A stretch of DNA of 63,404 nucleotides, filler included, from Phoronis australis (GCA_002633005.1; 5 parts of 5 records of this genome joined end to end with filler, not necessarily neighbours in it); one strand, 5' to 3'; shown: positions 25,001 to 37,794, numbered from the whole stretch's first letter. The notes: a model not told the origin generated them from the letters alone. Numbers and translations are program-made.

Positions 25001-27334
25001 ATGCTTGGGTCAAGAATGTGTGCAAAAACAAAGTTTGCAGGTGAGATAGTTCTCTTGAAAATATGGATCTCACCATGAGGTTGATTGTTGACTGCATTGG
25101 CGTTGTTTCTACGTTGATATCATGTCAAACCCGCCCGCCGCAGAGACCAATCGGCCGTTCCTGTTACCTCTGTTAATCCCAGAAGGTTTTGCACTGACTC
25201 ATATCCGGACAAACGCAATCATTAAACCGATTTGGCTGCAACTTTGCTATTGCATCCCCGAGGTACCATGTGCCTTGGGTTCGCACAGGTACCAGGTTTC
25301 GCTTCGTTTACGCTAGAGTAAGTCAGCCGACCAAAATCAGCAATTTTAGGTTTTACGGCAGTCAAGTTAGAAGCAGGTAACCATAATCAAATAACTTCTA
25401 GTGGACCTCCCTTGAAGACTATGGGGATTATTAGGCTGAAATATGCACCGTTGCCACGATAATCAGGTATTCTGACACCTAAAATCCGCAATTTCAGCTT
25501 GAATTAAAAAGTTGTTTAGAAAACAAGTAATCATGTTTATAATGGCTCCAGTGTCTCACCCTTGGAACTTAGGAATATTACTGAGGTGAAATATACCGCG
25601 TTGCTATGGTAACAAGGTATTGAACAGTACTGAAAATAAACTCCGTTTTAGTTTGACGGCAAAACCACTGAGATTAGTTGCTGATAACGAATGTTTATAG
25701 TACTAAACTGGTGACTCTCTCTTAGAAGCAAAGTGGTTACCAAGCTAAAACATGCACTGTTTCTATGGTAACTCAGTAATATTACGTAATCTGACTGACG
25801 TACAGCTCTAGGCTGAGCAACATGCAAAAATTTCAGATTTCTGAGCATGAAAACACGTGCTTGTGCAATATACACCTGCCTTGACTTCTTATACAAGTGA
25901 AATTAAGGTACGCGCGCCTACATGTGAAACAGTCGACGGATTTTTTCACAGAAAAAGGCATTTGTCTGGATAGAGGTCCATGGGTCAAAGTCCGTTCAAA
26001 CACGGTACCGTAATATAGTAGACATAAGATCATCACATGATTTACAATTTTAGAGATTGCAAACTCCAACAAACTCTGATGCGTTTTCTTGATTCGTTGA
26101 GGGTTTCGAGAGGTAGCGGAAAAAGAGTCCCGTCACTGTAAGGAATGTTACAAGACCGATACAAGGAAGGCGTAGGTCTAATGAGGTTTTCGTTTTTAGC
26201 CAGTTAAACAGCGAGAAATCCAGTTTTAAGCAACTCTTAGCTCATAAACTCAGCCAGCTCCCGACAATGATAAAACAAAATTCGTCAGCTTTGAAATGTG
26301 ACTTCGAACAGCTTATACATAACAATTGACGTTCAAAAACAAGTGGAACATTCTTGATTACAACACCGGCGTTCTGAAAAGACGTGACATCAAAACACAT
26401 TCAATTTGATGACTCTTCAAAGACCCAGGCAAGACAGGTGCAAGCTGTTTAAAGATTAAAACTCATAGATCTGACGTCATTGTCTTTTTGCTCTGGGTTT
26501 TCGCACCAGTATACAAGCATGGCCTACTTATGAACAGCTAAGAACTGATAAAACAAATTTACTATATTGAGAAATTCGTCTCACTTTTCGTGAATAATTA
26601 CACTAGCATAAACTCGGGCGTAAATTACGCCTTCCTGGTACCATACGTCAAGAAGAAATTTTGATTTTATTTTACACAAGATCAATAACAAGAGCAAGGA
26701 CAATAGGAACTAACAATAGAACACGATTATCATAGTCACGACAACAAACCACAAGTCAAAGATAAGTGCTTCTTATCTTCGTTTAAAAGGATACCAAGCC
26801 TTTTATCTGGCGATATTGACTAAATGTAGATCTCTGAAACATTTCAAAAAACAAAGTAATGCATCGTCAACCTTCGAAACGCTGGAATAGGTTTGAAAAT
26901 TCCTTAAAAATTCCCTCAAATCAGTGAGCGTGACTAACGCTTTGGAGCCAGTCAATCGGCAGCTCTAGCGAAAGAACCCCATCTTGGACCATAGCCGTCT
27001 TCGTGATATAAGGGGAAACTGTTTTGATTAAATTGGGTGCGTTTAGTAGACCAAGTCTCTCTCCGGAAAAGCAAAATCACACAAGAGCATCAAAAAGTCC
27101 CGAGTGTAAATGGCAAGTATTTCGCGAGTATGCTCGAAACCTTTACAGCGTAACCCAGCAAAATGACGGCCGCGGATTGGCCGGTGAGGTTGAAATGTTT
27201 CTACATCATAAGCGAAGATTTTTTCGCTGCAAGCGTTACTTAATGCCGTGGGTCTACGAAACGCAAGCCATAATAGCCTAACGTTGTTTTACCGCTTATG
27301 GAAAGAAGCATTTGCATGACAGCAGGCGTGCGCT

Positions 27335-27454
27335 CAGTAACGCTAGGACCTAGGTAAAATCCAGCCAAAGTCACGTGATCTCATTTGAAATACACGACAA
27401 TATCTTACGTAATCTCGCGAAGTCTTGCTTTATAGCGAGGTCCTAGCGTTACTG
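27335..27454. mobile_element. Short hairpin MITE; a diverged inverted copy lies at about 51505-51605
   Basis: 18-bp TIR tcagtaacgctaggacct / aggtcctagcgttactga. Confidence 0.75.
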
Positions 27455-27686
27455 AACGGGAGGCAGGCAACAGGGTTCGTTTTTGTAGAAATTGACAAAA
27501 CAGCTCGTACTATCCCTTTAAAGTAGTACCCATCAGTTCGACACAAAAACAAAGTAGAATTACAGTACACTGCCATTTACAGTTTTTCCTACAAATTAAA
27601 ACAACAACTGGATACAACAGAACAATACCAGCCAACATAGTCACTGCTACTCTTCTAACTTAATTAGTAGCCATACTTAATAACTG

Positions 27687-27872
27687 ACTGTACTTCGGGA
27701 GCAAGTTTTCGGTTGTACAGAATTTGTTAAATGCACGACACTTTTCATTGTTCACAGTCTTTATTCCGTTGCGTTCGTACTTTCGGAGCAAAAATCTACT
27801 CTCAACTGAACATAGATACAGTAACTGACCTAGCGACATAATTAAAAGACACACGATATTTCGAAACATACT
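27687..27872 (-). mobile_element. Penelope-like pseudo-LTR / ORF N-terminus fragment (second family)
   Basis: MSLGQLLYLCSVESRFLLRKYERNGIKTVNNEKCRAFNKFCTTENLLPKYS aligns by eye with the peptide at 23978-24108. It is preceded by CGAAATATCG and truncated by a gap. Confidence 0.65.
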
Positions 27873-28598
27873 NNNNNNNNNNNNNNNNNNNNNNNNNNNN
27901 NNNNNNNNNNNNNNNNNNNNNNNNNNNNNNNNNNNNNNNNNNNNNNNNNNNNNNNNNNNNNNNNNNNNNNNNNNNNNNNNNNNNNNNNNNNNNNNNNNNN
28001 NNNNNNNNNNNNNNNNNNNNNNNNNNNNNNNNNNNNNNNNNNNNNNNNNNNNNNNNNNNNNNNNNNNNNNNNNNNNNNNNNNNNNNNNNNNNNNNNNNNN
28101 NNNNNNNNNNNNNNNNNNNNNNNNNNNNNNNNNNNNNNNNNNNNNNNNNNNNNNNNNNNNNNNNNNNNNNNNNNNNNNNNNNNNNNNNNNNNNNNNNNNN
28201 NNNNNNNNNNNNNNNNNNNNNNNNNNNNNNNNNNNNNNNNNNNNNNNNNNNNNNNNNNNNNNNNNNNNNNNNNNNNNNNNNNNNNNNNNNNNNNNNNNNN
28301 NNNNNNNNNNNNNNNNNNNNNNNNNNNNNNNNNNNNNNNNNNNNNNNNNNNNNNNNNNNNNNNNNNNNNNNNNNNNNNNNNNNNNNNNNNNNNNNNNNNN
28401 NNNNNNNNNNNNNNNNNNNNNNNNNNNNNNNNNNNNNNNNNNNNNNNNNNNNNNNNNNNNNNNNNNNNNNNNNNNNNNNNNNNNNNNNNNNNNNNNNNNN
28501 NNNNNNNNNNNNNNNNNNNNNNNNNNNNNNNNNNNNNNNNNNNNNNNNNNNNNNNNNNNNNNNNNNNNNNNNNNNNNNNNNNNNNNNNNNNNNNNNNN

Positions 28599-29335
28599 CA
28601 ACACCTACTTGGAAAGTTTCATTGTGATGGTCGAGTGTTAAATTACAATGTTGGACGATGTTCTTTTGGCAAATATCTGCAGATTGAGAACTCCTTGAAA
28701 TGGCAACCACCCAACGTCGGAAGCGAAGGACCTCTTCTCTACGGTTTAAATCATGGGCGTTGCACCGACTGCAGTGGTTGCACTGCATCGTGGAGAGAGT
28801 GCAGGAATGGTGGAAATATGACTGTAGAATACATACCAGTCGAATTTGCCAGGGACGTTGTAATACAATCCAAAAAGTATGCCACTACACAGGAGAATGC
28901 TGTTGATTATCTTGTCAGAACGGGACCTCCAACAGCTGTTATATTTAACAGCGGTGTACACGACCTCTTATATTGTAACGTGAGTGCTTACACAGAAAAT
29001 CTACTTAGATATACCAAGATGTTGAAAACCAATTTTCCAGACGCTAAAGTTCTCTTCATTAACACCGCCTGTGTGGTCGAGAGTGACGTACCAACTCAAT
29101 TTAAAAACGTAACAACAAACGACTTCATCGCTCAGTATAATGACGCAGCCAAAAAGGTTATGGTGGCTTTAAACGTAGATTATCTTTAGTTGACAATTTC
29201 CAGGTGTGCAATACTTCATTCGCATACCAGAAATTACGTTTCATTGGCGACCCAATCCATCTAGCACCTGGTTACTACAAGAAACTGACAGAGCTGTTGC
29301 AGATGCAGCTTCAATTGTGGTTCCGTTTAATTTGA
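28599..29335 (+). CDS. SGNH/PC-esterase-like (GDS...DxxH) protein, copy 1, 3' part, with a frameshift near 29183
   Basis: AVIFNSGVHD block; YNDAAKKVM..LNVD. The shifted frame continues LVDNFQVCNTSFAYQKLRFIGDPIHLAPGYY...LI* (TGA 29333-29335). The 5' end is in the gap. Confidence 0.75.
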
Positions 29336-29974
29336 TATTCTTTTGAATTGTTCAAGTTGTCAAGCACATCTGAAGTGCATTTAATTTAGAATTCTACAAC
29401 TCCAACCCAGTCGATTGCCACTTGAATGGATGGCAAGGGAGGTAGGAAAACAGGCTCTCCAACGTCTTAATTTAGTTGACATGGGAGGACACGTTTGCAA
29501 CACAAAGTAATCTAACTGCTGACTGCAACAGGCAGTTGCTACACACTGGGGAACATGGCGTAGTGCTAACTGCATCTTGGAACATACATTGCGTGGGCCT
29601 CATGGAATTCTCATTTATATTCGAACGAGCATTGGTGAATGTGTTTAAGTGGTCATTGTTCGTTTGTTTTGCTTTTACATTTGACCATAGATCTATAATT
29701 CGACACAGAATTTAAGTGAAGGTCGGAATAACAGGGGACTTTTGCATGTACTTTCCATTGATTACCGATCGATTATCATATTTTTAATTTCATATCGAAT
29801 AAAAACCAGTTTCCTTCATCACGACTGACACGGCGACGTACTAATATCGAACCTGAGATTAGGTTACGTCCCTAAGATCGTCTCAGTGCTGCAGAAGATG
29901 AACTTCATTGTGTGTCACCGTACTCTTTATCACGACTTACCAAGAAAATTATATAATGAGGCCAGCAACTTGCA

Positions 29975-30026
29975 TTATACTACTACTCAGTGCTATTGCT
30001 ACTGCTAAGGCTACTACTACTAGTAT

Positions 30027-30072
<46 letters not shown>

Positions 30073-30193
30073 GCCACTACTACTACTACAGCTAGTATTA
30101 TTGCTACTGCTATTACTAGTACTGCACTACTACTAGTACTACTGCTACTACTGTTACCGCTACTACCACTAATAGTAGTAGCAGTAGAACTAC

Positions 30194-30232
<39 letters not shown>

Positions 30233-30330
30233 TAGTACCACTACCACTACCACAAGTCGTAATAGTAGTAGTAGTACTACTACTATCACTACTACTAGTA
30301 TCATGGCTACTGCTATTACTAGTACTAAGC
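29975..30330. repeat. Degenerate (ACT/TAC)n microsatellite
   Basis: Long actactact runs with some inverted agt tracts. Confidence 0.95.
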
Positions 30331-30360
30331 GCGTGATTAATTTTTAGACTCGCATATAAT

Positions 30361-30654
30361 CAGGATCCAATTTGGCAAAAAATGACTGTCGAGGGCATTT
30401 GGGGGTAATGCAAATCTAACCCATAGTTTGATGTATCATACTCATTTTAAAAGGCACTTATTGGGACTTGCCAATTTCAACATGGCCGATGGCGGCCATC
30501 TTGGATTTGAGGGTTATGCCGACAAAATCCAGCCCGACATACATTTTTTTGGATTCAGCACCCCAAAATTAGTTAGAATCAATCGTCAGATCTGCATTAC
30601 CCTCAAATGCCCTCGACACCATTTTCTGAGGCCTTTTTTGAAAATTGGAACCTA
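30361..30654. mobile_element. MITE with long imperfect TIRs
   Basis: tgtcgagggcatttgggggtaatgcaaatct is inverted at agatctgcattaccctcaaatgccctcgaca; outer ends aggatccaattt / aaattggaacct. Confidence 0.8.
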
Positions 30655-31745
30655 ATACGCTGGTTTGCAAGTTGGTGAAGTTGTCCACTGGGATATCAAA
30701 ATTGGTGCATTGTAACCAATTGAACGTTAAAAACGAAGCGCAGAGAAGTTATTTTGCACTAAAGAAAAATTGGACTTCTGAAATGGAACGTTCAACAACA
30801 AGACGTCTGTTATTTTTATTCAAGAATTATATTTTCACATTTTGTTCGTTTTTATCTCATACAGGATTCGGTTTCTGAAACGTGGCCCTTCATTTCTGTT
30901 ATCGCTCATCCATCTTATTCTCGTTTTATTGTATGCGCCAACTCTAAGCATTTCATAAAATTTGTTACTATAGTAGATGCTCCGCATTTTATTTGTCGTC
31001 CCAGAAGTCATGATAACCCATTTTCCCATACAGAACTTAATGGTCTTTTATTTAATTCCCACTTTTCATGTCACTCGTTTGGGATAAAGAATGCATCGTA
31101 ACAGCCTGAGTGCATTCGTGCCGGTGACTGACTAATTCATTTTGAAGATACAGCCAAAAATATGTATATGTTTTCATGAAATATGCACATGTCTCAACCA
31201 CTTCTTACCGTAAAGTAAACGCTTTCCTAGTAACGTAAAGTTGAGTCTGTCTTATTTGGCGCGACCACAAACCAAAGAAGGCCAATTACATTCCAAGCAG
31301 CACATTAATCAAAATTATATTTCCTTTTACGCCGTCGACAAATTAAAACATAAAAGTTCAGTCATGTTCTTCAACTCCAACATACATTAGGCTATTGATA
31401 TTTTGTTTGAAGAAACTCCACTTACAGCCTCCATTACCTGTAATACCTGTAATACCTGTCACGGACAGGATCATTGGGGATATGCTGGTGCATTAATCCC
31501 CTCCCCAGACCATCCCCGACAGCAGAAGGCGCAGAACTCCAGGGCTGACGTTGCCTGTAAGCATTTGATTAGACAGCCTCCAATGAAAGAGAGTGGCAAT
31601 CCTTCCTAGAGGAGCTATCTCCATTGCCACAAAAAGATACGAAGAATAANTGACTAATGAAGGGGGGTAACAGGAAAGTCACGCAAACAAGTGTAACGTG
31701 CGGCGCGACCCTGTTTGCTACTCATTTAAAACAGGCAAGCCCGTA

Positions 31746-31872
31746 TGTCTTTTAATTGTCGCTAGGTCAGTTACTGTATAGTGTTCAGTTGAGAGTAGAG
31801 TTTTGTTCCGAAAGTACGAACGCAACGGAATAAAGACTGTGAACAATGAAAGGTGTCGTGCATTTAACAAAT
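31746..31872 (+). mobile_element. Penelope-like ORF N-terminus fragment; diverged inverted copy of 27721-27850
   Basis: Reverse-complement similarity, e.g. aaagtacgaacgcaacggaataaagactgtgaacaatgaaa. Confidence 0.7.
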
Positions 31873-32204
31873 ACTTAATAACTAAAGACATTTCGGGGGA
31901 AATGGCTGGGACAGCTGTGTACAAAATGGACACATAGCTAATAATAACAAAAAGAACTTGAAATCAGTTTCTGATCATAATCAAATGAGAATTTTTTTCT
32001 ACACAATAACTAGTGCTGCCTGCTACATTGCAAAATGCGCACTGACTATCTTACTTACTAAACATCGTTAATTCCATATATTTTACCAAGAGGATCTGGC
32101 CGACTTAATTAGTGGCGTACACCCAAACATGTGTGTTGAAATAATTATATAGCGTTGTAATTTCAACGTTAAAAATGAACAGAATAGTTTCGTCTGCTCT
32201 TCAG

Positions 32205-32778
32205 TGAATGGCAGATTCAAGCTATTTTGGGAGAGTGCGAGAAGGTTAAGAACATCAGTACATGTAAGACAATTGAACAAGCGACATCACGCGGACAGTG
32301 GATGAAAGAGCTCGATAACACAACAGTCTGGAAACCTCTCTTATGTGTTATGCCTAAAACTAACACATCTCGAATATATTATCCGCTGACACGATTGGTA
32401 TTAGCTGGTGATTCAAACACCTGCAGACTTACGCAACACCTACTTGGAAAGTTTCATTGTGATGGTCGAGTGTTAAATTACAATGTTGGACGATGTTCTT
32501 TTGGCAAATATCTGCAGATTGAGAACTCCTTGAAATGGCAACCACCCAACGTCGGAAGCGAAGGACCTCTTCTCTACGGTTTAAATGATGGGCGTTGCAC
32601 CGACTGCAGTGGTTGCACTGCATCGTGGAGAGAGTGCAGGAATGGTGGAAATATGACTGTAGAATACATACCAGTCGACTTTGCCAGGGACGTTGTAATA
32701 CAATCCAAAAAGTATGCCACTACACAGGAGAATGCTGTTGATTATCTTGTCAGAACGGGACCTCCAACAGCTGTTATA
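32205..32778 (+). CDS. SGNH/PC-esterase-like protein, copy 2, 5' part
   Basis: GQW...WKPLLC...RLVLAGDSNTCRL shows the W-x-P-x-x-C and GDS motifs of PC-esterase/NXPE-type proteins. Possible acceptor ctgctcttcag at 32204. Overlaps copy 1 over about 343 nt with 2 internal substitutions; truncated by the spacer. Confidence 0.75.
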
Positions 32779-33131
32779 NNNNNNNNNNNNNNNNNNNNNN
32801 NNNNNNNNNNNNNNNNNNNNNNTTAATTAATTAANNNNNNNNNNNNNNNNNNNNNNNNNNNNNNNNNNNNNNNNNNNNCCCCCCCAACTCACAATCCTGG
32901 ATCCGTCCTTGAGATATCCCTATAGCGGGGGACAATACGAATGGATCATTCATCGGGTTTATGAGGCAGAGTTGAGGGACGACGGACATGCGGCAACAAA
33001 AATGAGTTCATGTTCTTAGCATAACATAAACATTTTTTTCGTAGAATAGTTTGTGTTTTTGTAAAAAAATGCATCTGGGATTCAAATGCGACATAACAGC
33101 TTTTGAATGTAAAACATCGTTACGGTGATTT

Positions 33132-33915
33132 CGGCCAAATCACTATTAAGGTCCATATTCGGTGGCAACTTTTGGTGAAAAATGAAGGTTGTCAAATAAC
33201 TGTAAAAGCTGGGTTATTTTCAAGTACCATCATTCCAGGTTTGTAATCTAAAATATTTTTGCACAAGAACCACCGAATAAAATTTTATGGCCTAATGCAT
33301 CGCAGTTATATAAAAGGGTACATGTACGTATACTACAACTTGTGGTCACAACCCACTTCTACCATGCAAAAATTCGTAAGGTAGCTGTTAATTTTTGATT
33401 AAATTGAAGAAGTATCACATATCACATACTAAAATAAGAAAAGTTACTACCGTGCTGATTAAGTTGTTCTAGATGATGATACATTGCATATCTTAACACG
33501 GTATAATGAGAACTTCCTTCTCTTGCAATATGATTCTTACAAAAAGAAAATGACAAGAAACTACTTTTTTCAATGATTAAGCACAACTTCATCTAATTGA
33601 CTCTGAAAGTGACTCAAGTTATTCCCAGTCATATCTAAACAATTGATAAAATAAATTTCTTTTCTACTCTTGACAGTTGAAAATTGTTATTTTTAAAATG
33701 GCCACTCGTAACGCTAAAAATGCGTGAAATTCACAGACAAAAACATGCATCAATTTCTCAAACATTGTCCGATTTTGATGATTCTTTTTTAATTTGCACA
33801 ACTAAATAACTCTTTGCATAATGAGATTTAGTTGGCATCTGGTAAGTGACCAAAAAATATTTTAGACCGTAACACAGTCAACTCTCGAATATGGACCTTG
33901 ATTGTGATTTAGCCG
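33132..33915. mobile_element. Internally deleted copy of the 11238-13253 transposon; TSD TTT
   Basis: TIRs cggccaaatcactattaaggtccatattcg / cgaatatggaccttgattgtgatttagccg. The deletion junction is at a shared TCAA (about 33570). Confidence 0.88.
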
Positions 33916-34424
33916 TTTGTACTTCTCAAAAATTCAAATTGGAAAGGGGAATCCTTCGTGTGAATTCACGTGAGAAATGTCGTGGATACAACCCTGTGAA
34001 CAAATTTTATTAATTCATGAAAGGTTGTAAAGCGGATTATACAGCGTCATTCGAATCTCGCAGTATTAACTCACGTCACATGTCATTTGTTGTTGTCTGA
34101 TTCTTTACAAGTTTTTTTCGGCTATTTTACTCTATAGGGCTTCCAACGCCAACGAAGCATCACTGCTGTGCTACGGGCTGCAACTCCGACATGAAAAACT
34201 TTGATAAACGGGGATGCGTGATCTGAAATGTTTCGACTTCACAACGTCAATGAGAGACCCGGGTGCCTGATTTCCACAAATATATGACGCGCTTTCTTAT
34301 CACTAGGACAAAGAAGAGTTCTCTCGCCAGGTTCTTAAGGGCCCTAATTCACGCAACCCGATCACCACCGGTGCTTAAGAAAAACACAAAATGACATCAC
34401 TGTGATGAAATATTTCTTAAACCA

Positions 34425-34608
34425 AATAAAACAGAATAAAGAAACGGTGTTCTTTGTAAGCCCAAATATAAAAACCCCTGACAGTCAGACGTTCCCTACA
34501 GCATTCTCTATTCAATAAAACAGTAAAAATAAACGATGTTCTTCGTAAAGGGAAATATAATTAACCCCTGAACAGTCGGACGTTTCCTACATCATTCTCT
34601 ACTCAATA
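34425..34608. repeat. Approx. 91-bp imperfect tandem duplication
   Basis: aaatata..aacccctga(a)cagtc.gacgtt.cctaca.cattctcta.tcaata occurs twice. Confidence 0.8.
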
Positions 34609-36469
34609 GCCATGGAGAACTAAATGAGATGGAGGTACTTATTGTACTGAGTATATAATACACGTTTGGTACCACCATTTTGAGGTCTATATGCATTACA
34701 CCCCCAATTACCCAGTCCCAATTAAACACTTCTACACCTGCAACCCCTTCTAAAACAGTTTCCACCACTGTCCTCACGCCTAACCAATACATTAATTAAA
34801 GAGATAAAATGTAGACAGTAGTCCTAAACATGCTCAGTATCAGTAATGTTGAACAATAATGGCTCTATATTCGTGCACCCAATGGGATTCGTGGGGCTCT
34901 AATGAGCCCCCCCCCCCTCCGCCCCATTTGGCAAAGTGGGCAGAGAGGTCCGCCTCAGATAAACAAAAAGTCCGAGACAACGAGATAAAAATCCACAAAA
35001 AGGCGCGAATGCTCAATTCATGACACTACACTTGTTTTTAGTCCCCCATATTTCTGCTAGTAAAAAGTCCACATTGTCGAAGGCTCGAGCCCCCTATATT
35101 TTACACTATAAGTTGTTTACACGGGCACTTGTGGTTGCCAAAAGTGATCGATATTGATCCCACTGCCAGATTCAGTTGATATAAAATGCCTTGTGGCAAG
35201 GTGCGTTTAAGCAAGAACCTAAACAAACTTTCAATTTAGCTTGTACAAATAGTGCTCTGAACACAATTCAGGTCAGGTATGATATATTGTAGTTAGACTA
35301 ACAAATATTCTGCGATTGCGAAATGAATGCGGTTTATAAACAAGTGATCCAGTAATGTTGCTGGGAATATGAAAGAAAAGAAGGATCGTACGATCACAGA
35401 CGGGTTTCGTGACATCATGATGATCATGGTTTCATTATCGATTTGATGATCGTCGGGGATTTTCCAGGTTGCGACATCACGTGATTGAGCAGCAACCAGT
35501 TCACAGTCGGTTTTAACTTAGTGACTTGCATAGCACTACTTTCTTCCCCGGCCGATTTCAGACGCGTACTGTACGATTTGCTTATCATTGCCTTGACGCT
35601 GATAAGTGCTATTGATTCTGTCTCGTAATGAAGACTTACATGTAGAAGAAATTATGTGGATACCATAGACTTAGGCTACATCAAAACTAGATCACATCGA
35701 TCATTTTGACTTCTGCGCTATCTTTCATGCACTATGATCTCAAGCATAATTTCTGCGGCAAATGAACACACCCAAAAACACCGAACGATCGAGACAGTGC
35801 GGCCAAACACGAGCATTGGGGCAAGCATGAACACACATAATTCAGTCCACACAGGTATTTCCAGTGTTGTGTGCTTGTGGTACATATACGCACAATGCAA
35901 CAATTATGAACAGCAATTGCACATACAATAACATGGTCACATGACTTTGTCCACCCTCTTTTGTGGAATGTATTGGGAGAGCAAAAGTGATAACTGGTTC
36001 GTGTAAGGTTAAAAGAACAACTGATTTTATTTGCACAGAAATTACACTATAATAATACAGTCATGCAGCCACGTGTAGTAATCACGTGGTACAAGTAGGA
36101 GGAGTTAAACTAACCAATAGAATAAATATATGCTTCAAGTTGTGAAAAATCTTTTGCGTGTCTAATTCGTTTTGTGATATCAACGAGACGATGACAAATT
36201 TATACATTAGAATAAAAATGATGGAGCTAAACTGATGCTGGTGTATAGGCCCTAGTTGACGTTGACCGAAATTAAACGATTGCCCTAATCTCTCTTGGGA
36301 TATATTAAAAAGACCCATTTCTGCTAGAAATCAGCAGCAAGGTCATAAGCGAGTAAGTAGAGAGCACTGACTCCTGAGTTTATGATCCGTGATAAAGGAC
36401 CGACTCTGTATGTATTGTGCGCTAAGGAGTAAGGTTGTTATCGCTTCACTGCAATCGGTGGACATTTAA

Positions 36470-37794
36470 TAGGGAGGACAACGTTTTTTTATTTTTTTTT
36501 TACAATACCCATGAGTCATACATTTTTGAAAAGCCCTTGGTGTGAGAAATAAAATGGTGCAAAAATCAGAAAAATTGGATGAGCGGTTAACAAGAAAATG
36601 GCCGTTGAAACGCGACGATTATGCGTAAAATATCTGCCTTTTTACATAATTTCGTAAAAAATAAAAGAATATACATGTGCTGCATGTAAAAAGATTCGTC
36701 TCATTGTGACAAACATGGTGGTGTGTATTATATAAAATTTGGATCGATTTCTACAGAGATATTGCTGTTTAAGTGTGTTGTTAGCATATAGAACAGGCTC
36801 ATCATATTTGATGAAAACGATGAATTACACAGCATAAAAGGTAAAGAGCAAAGACATCACATCAGCTCAGAAATAAATACATCTGTGCTATGAGGAAATT
36901 TCACATCAAATCACAAGATCACATTGGTGGATTTGGGGGGGCAAGGGGGCCAGGCCTGTGGCCCCCCTAAAACTCCCATTTGGCTGCTAGTTTGAGGGTG
37001 CAAATATCTTACGGGTAAAATCCTGCATAATACTCTGCCCTGCCCCCCCTCCTATCTAAAAATCCTAGATCTGCCCCTGAATACTACTACATGGGCAACA
37101 CATCATTGCCTGACAGTGACAGNNNNNNNNNNNNNNNNNNNNNNNNNNNNNNNNNNNNNNNNNNNNNNNNNNNNNNNNNNNNNNNNNNNNNNNNNNNNNN
37201 NNNNNNNNNNNNNNNNNNNNNNNNNNNNNNNNNNNNNNNNNNNNNNNNNNNNNNNNNNNNNNNNNNNNNNNNNNNNNNNNNNNNNNNNNNNNNNNNNNNN
37301 NNNNNNNNNNNNNNNNNNNNNNNNNNNNNNNNNNNNNNNNNNNNNNNNNNNNNNNNNNNNNNNNNNNNNNNNNNNNNNNNNNNNNNNNNNNNNNNNNNNN
37401 NNNNNNNNNNNNNNNNNNNNNNNNNNNNNNNNNNNNNNNNNNNNNNNNNNNNNNNNNNNNNNNNNNNGCATCTAAACTACATCCTGTCCAAATTTCATGT
37501 TTGTATTTGAGAGTATAGTGCTCTTTTGGATAGGAGGAACAAGAGGTACTTTTTCGAAAGTTGATCGCACGGCGGAAAATCGTGCGCTAAAAAAAGCTTA
37601 CAGAAAATGATTTATCAGCGATAATTTGAGACAAAAAGATTACAAACTTATAAATAAAGACTAAGGTAACGATTTATAACACAAAATTATCTTATAGTTA
37701 ACTTTGAAGTCTGAAATCGGGTAATTTACCGACGTGGGTTTTACACGGAGGCAGATATGGGGCACCGTGACCTACTTTTTGATTGTCCTCCCTA
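36470..37794. mobile_element. Putative TIR element (TAGGGAGGACAA...TTGTCCTCCCTA) containing a nested CAGGGGC MITE (36922-37079) and a gap
   Basis: Perfect 12-bp inverted ends including TA. Confidence 0.5.

Noticed and set aside
27660-28788. Long ORFs of 314 and 328 aa (also 37091-37510 and 56562-57119)
   Set aside because: They consist mostly of N-gap translation.
29908-30336. 142-aa Thr/Leu-rich membrane or mucin-like ORF
   Set aside because: It is the translation of an (ACT)n microsatellite.
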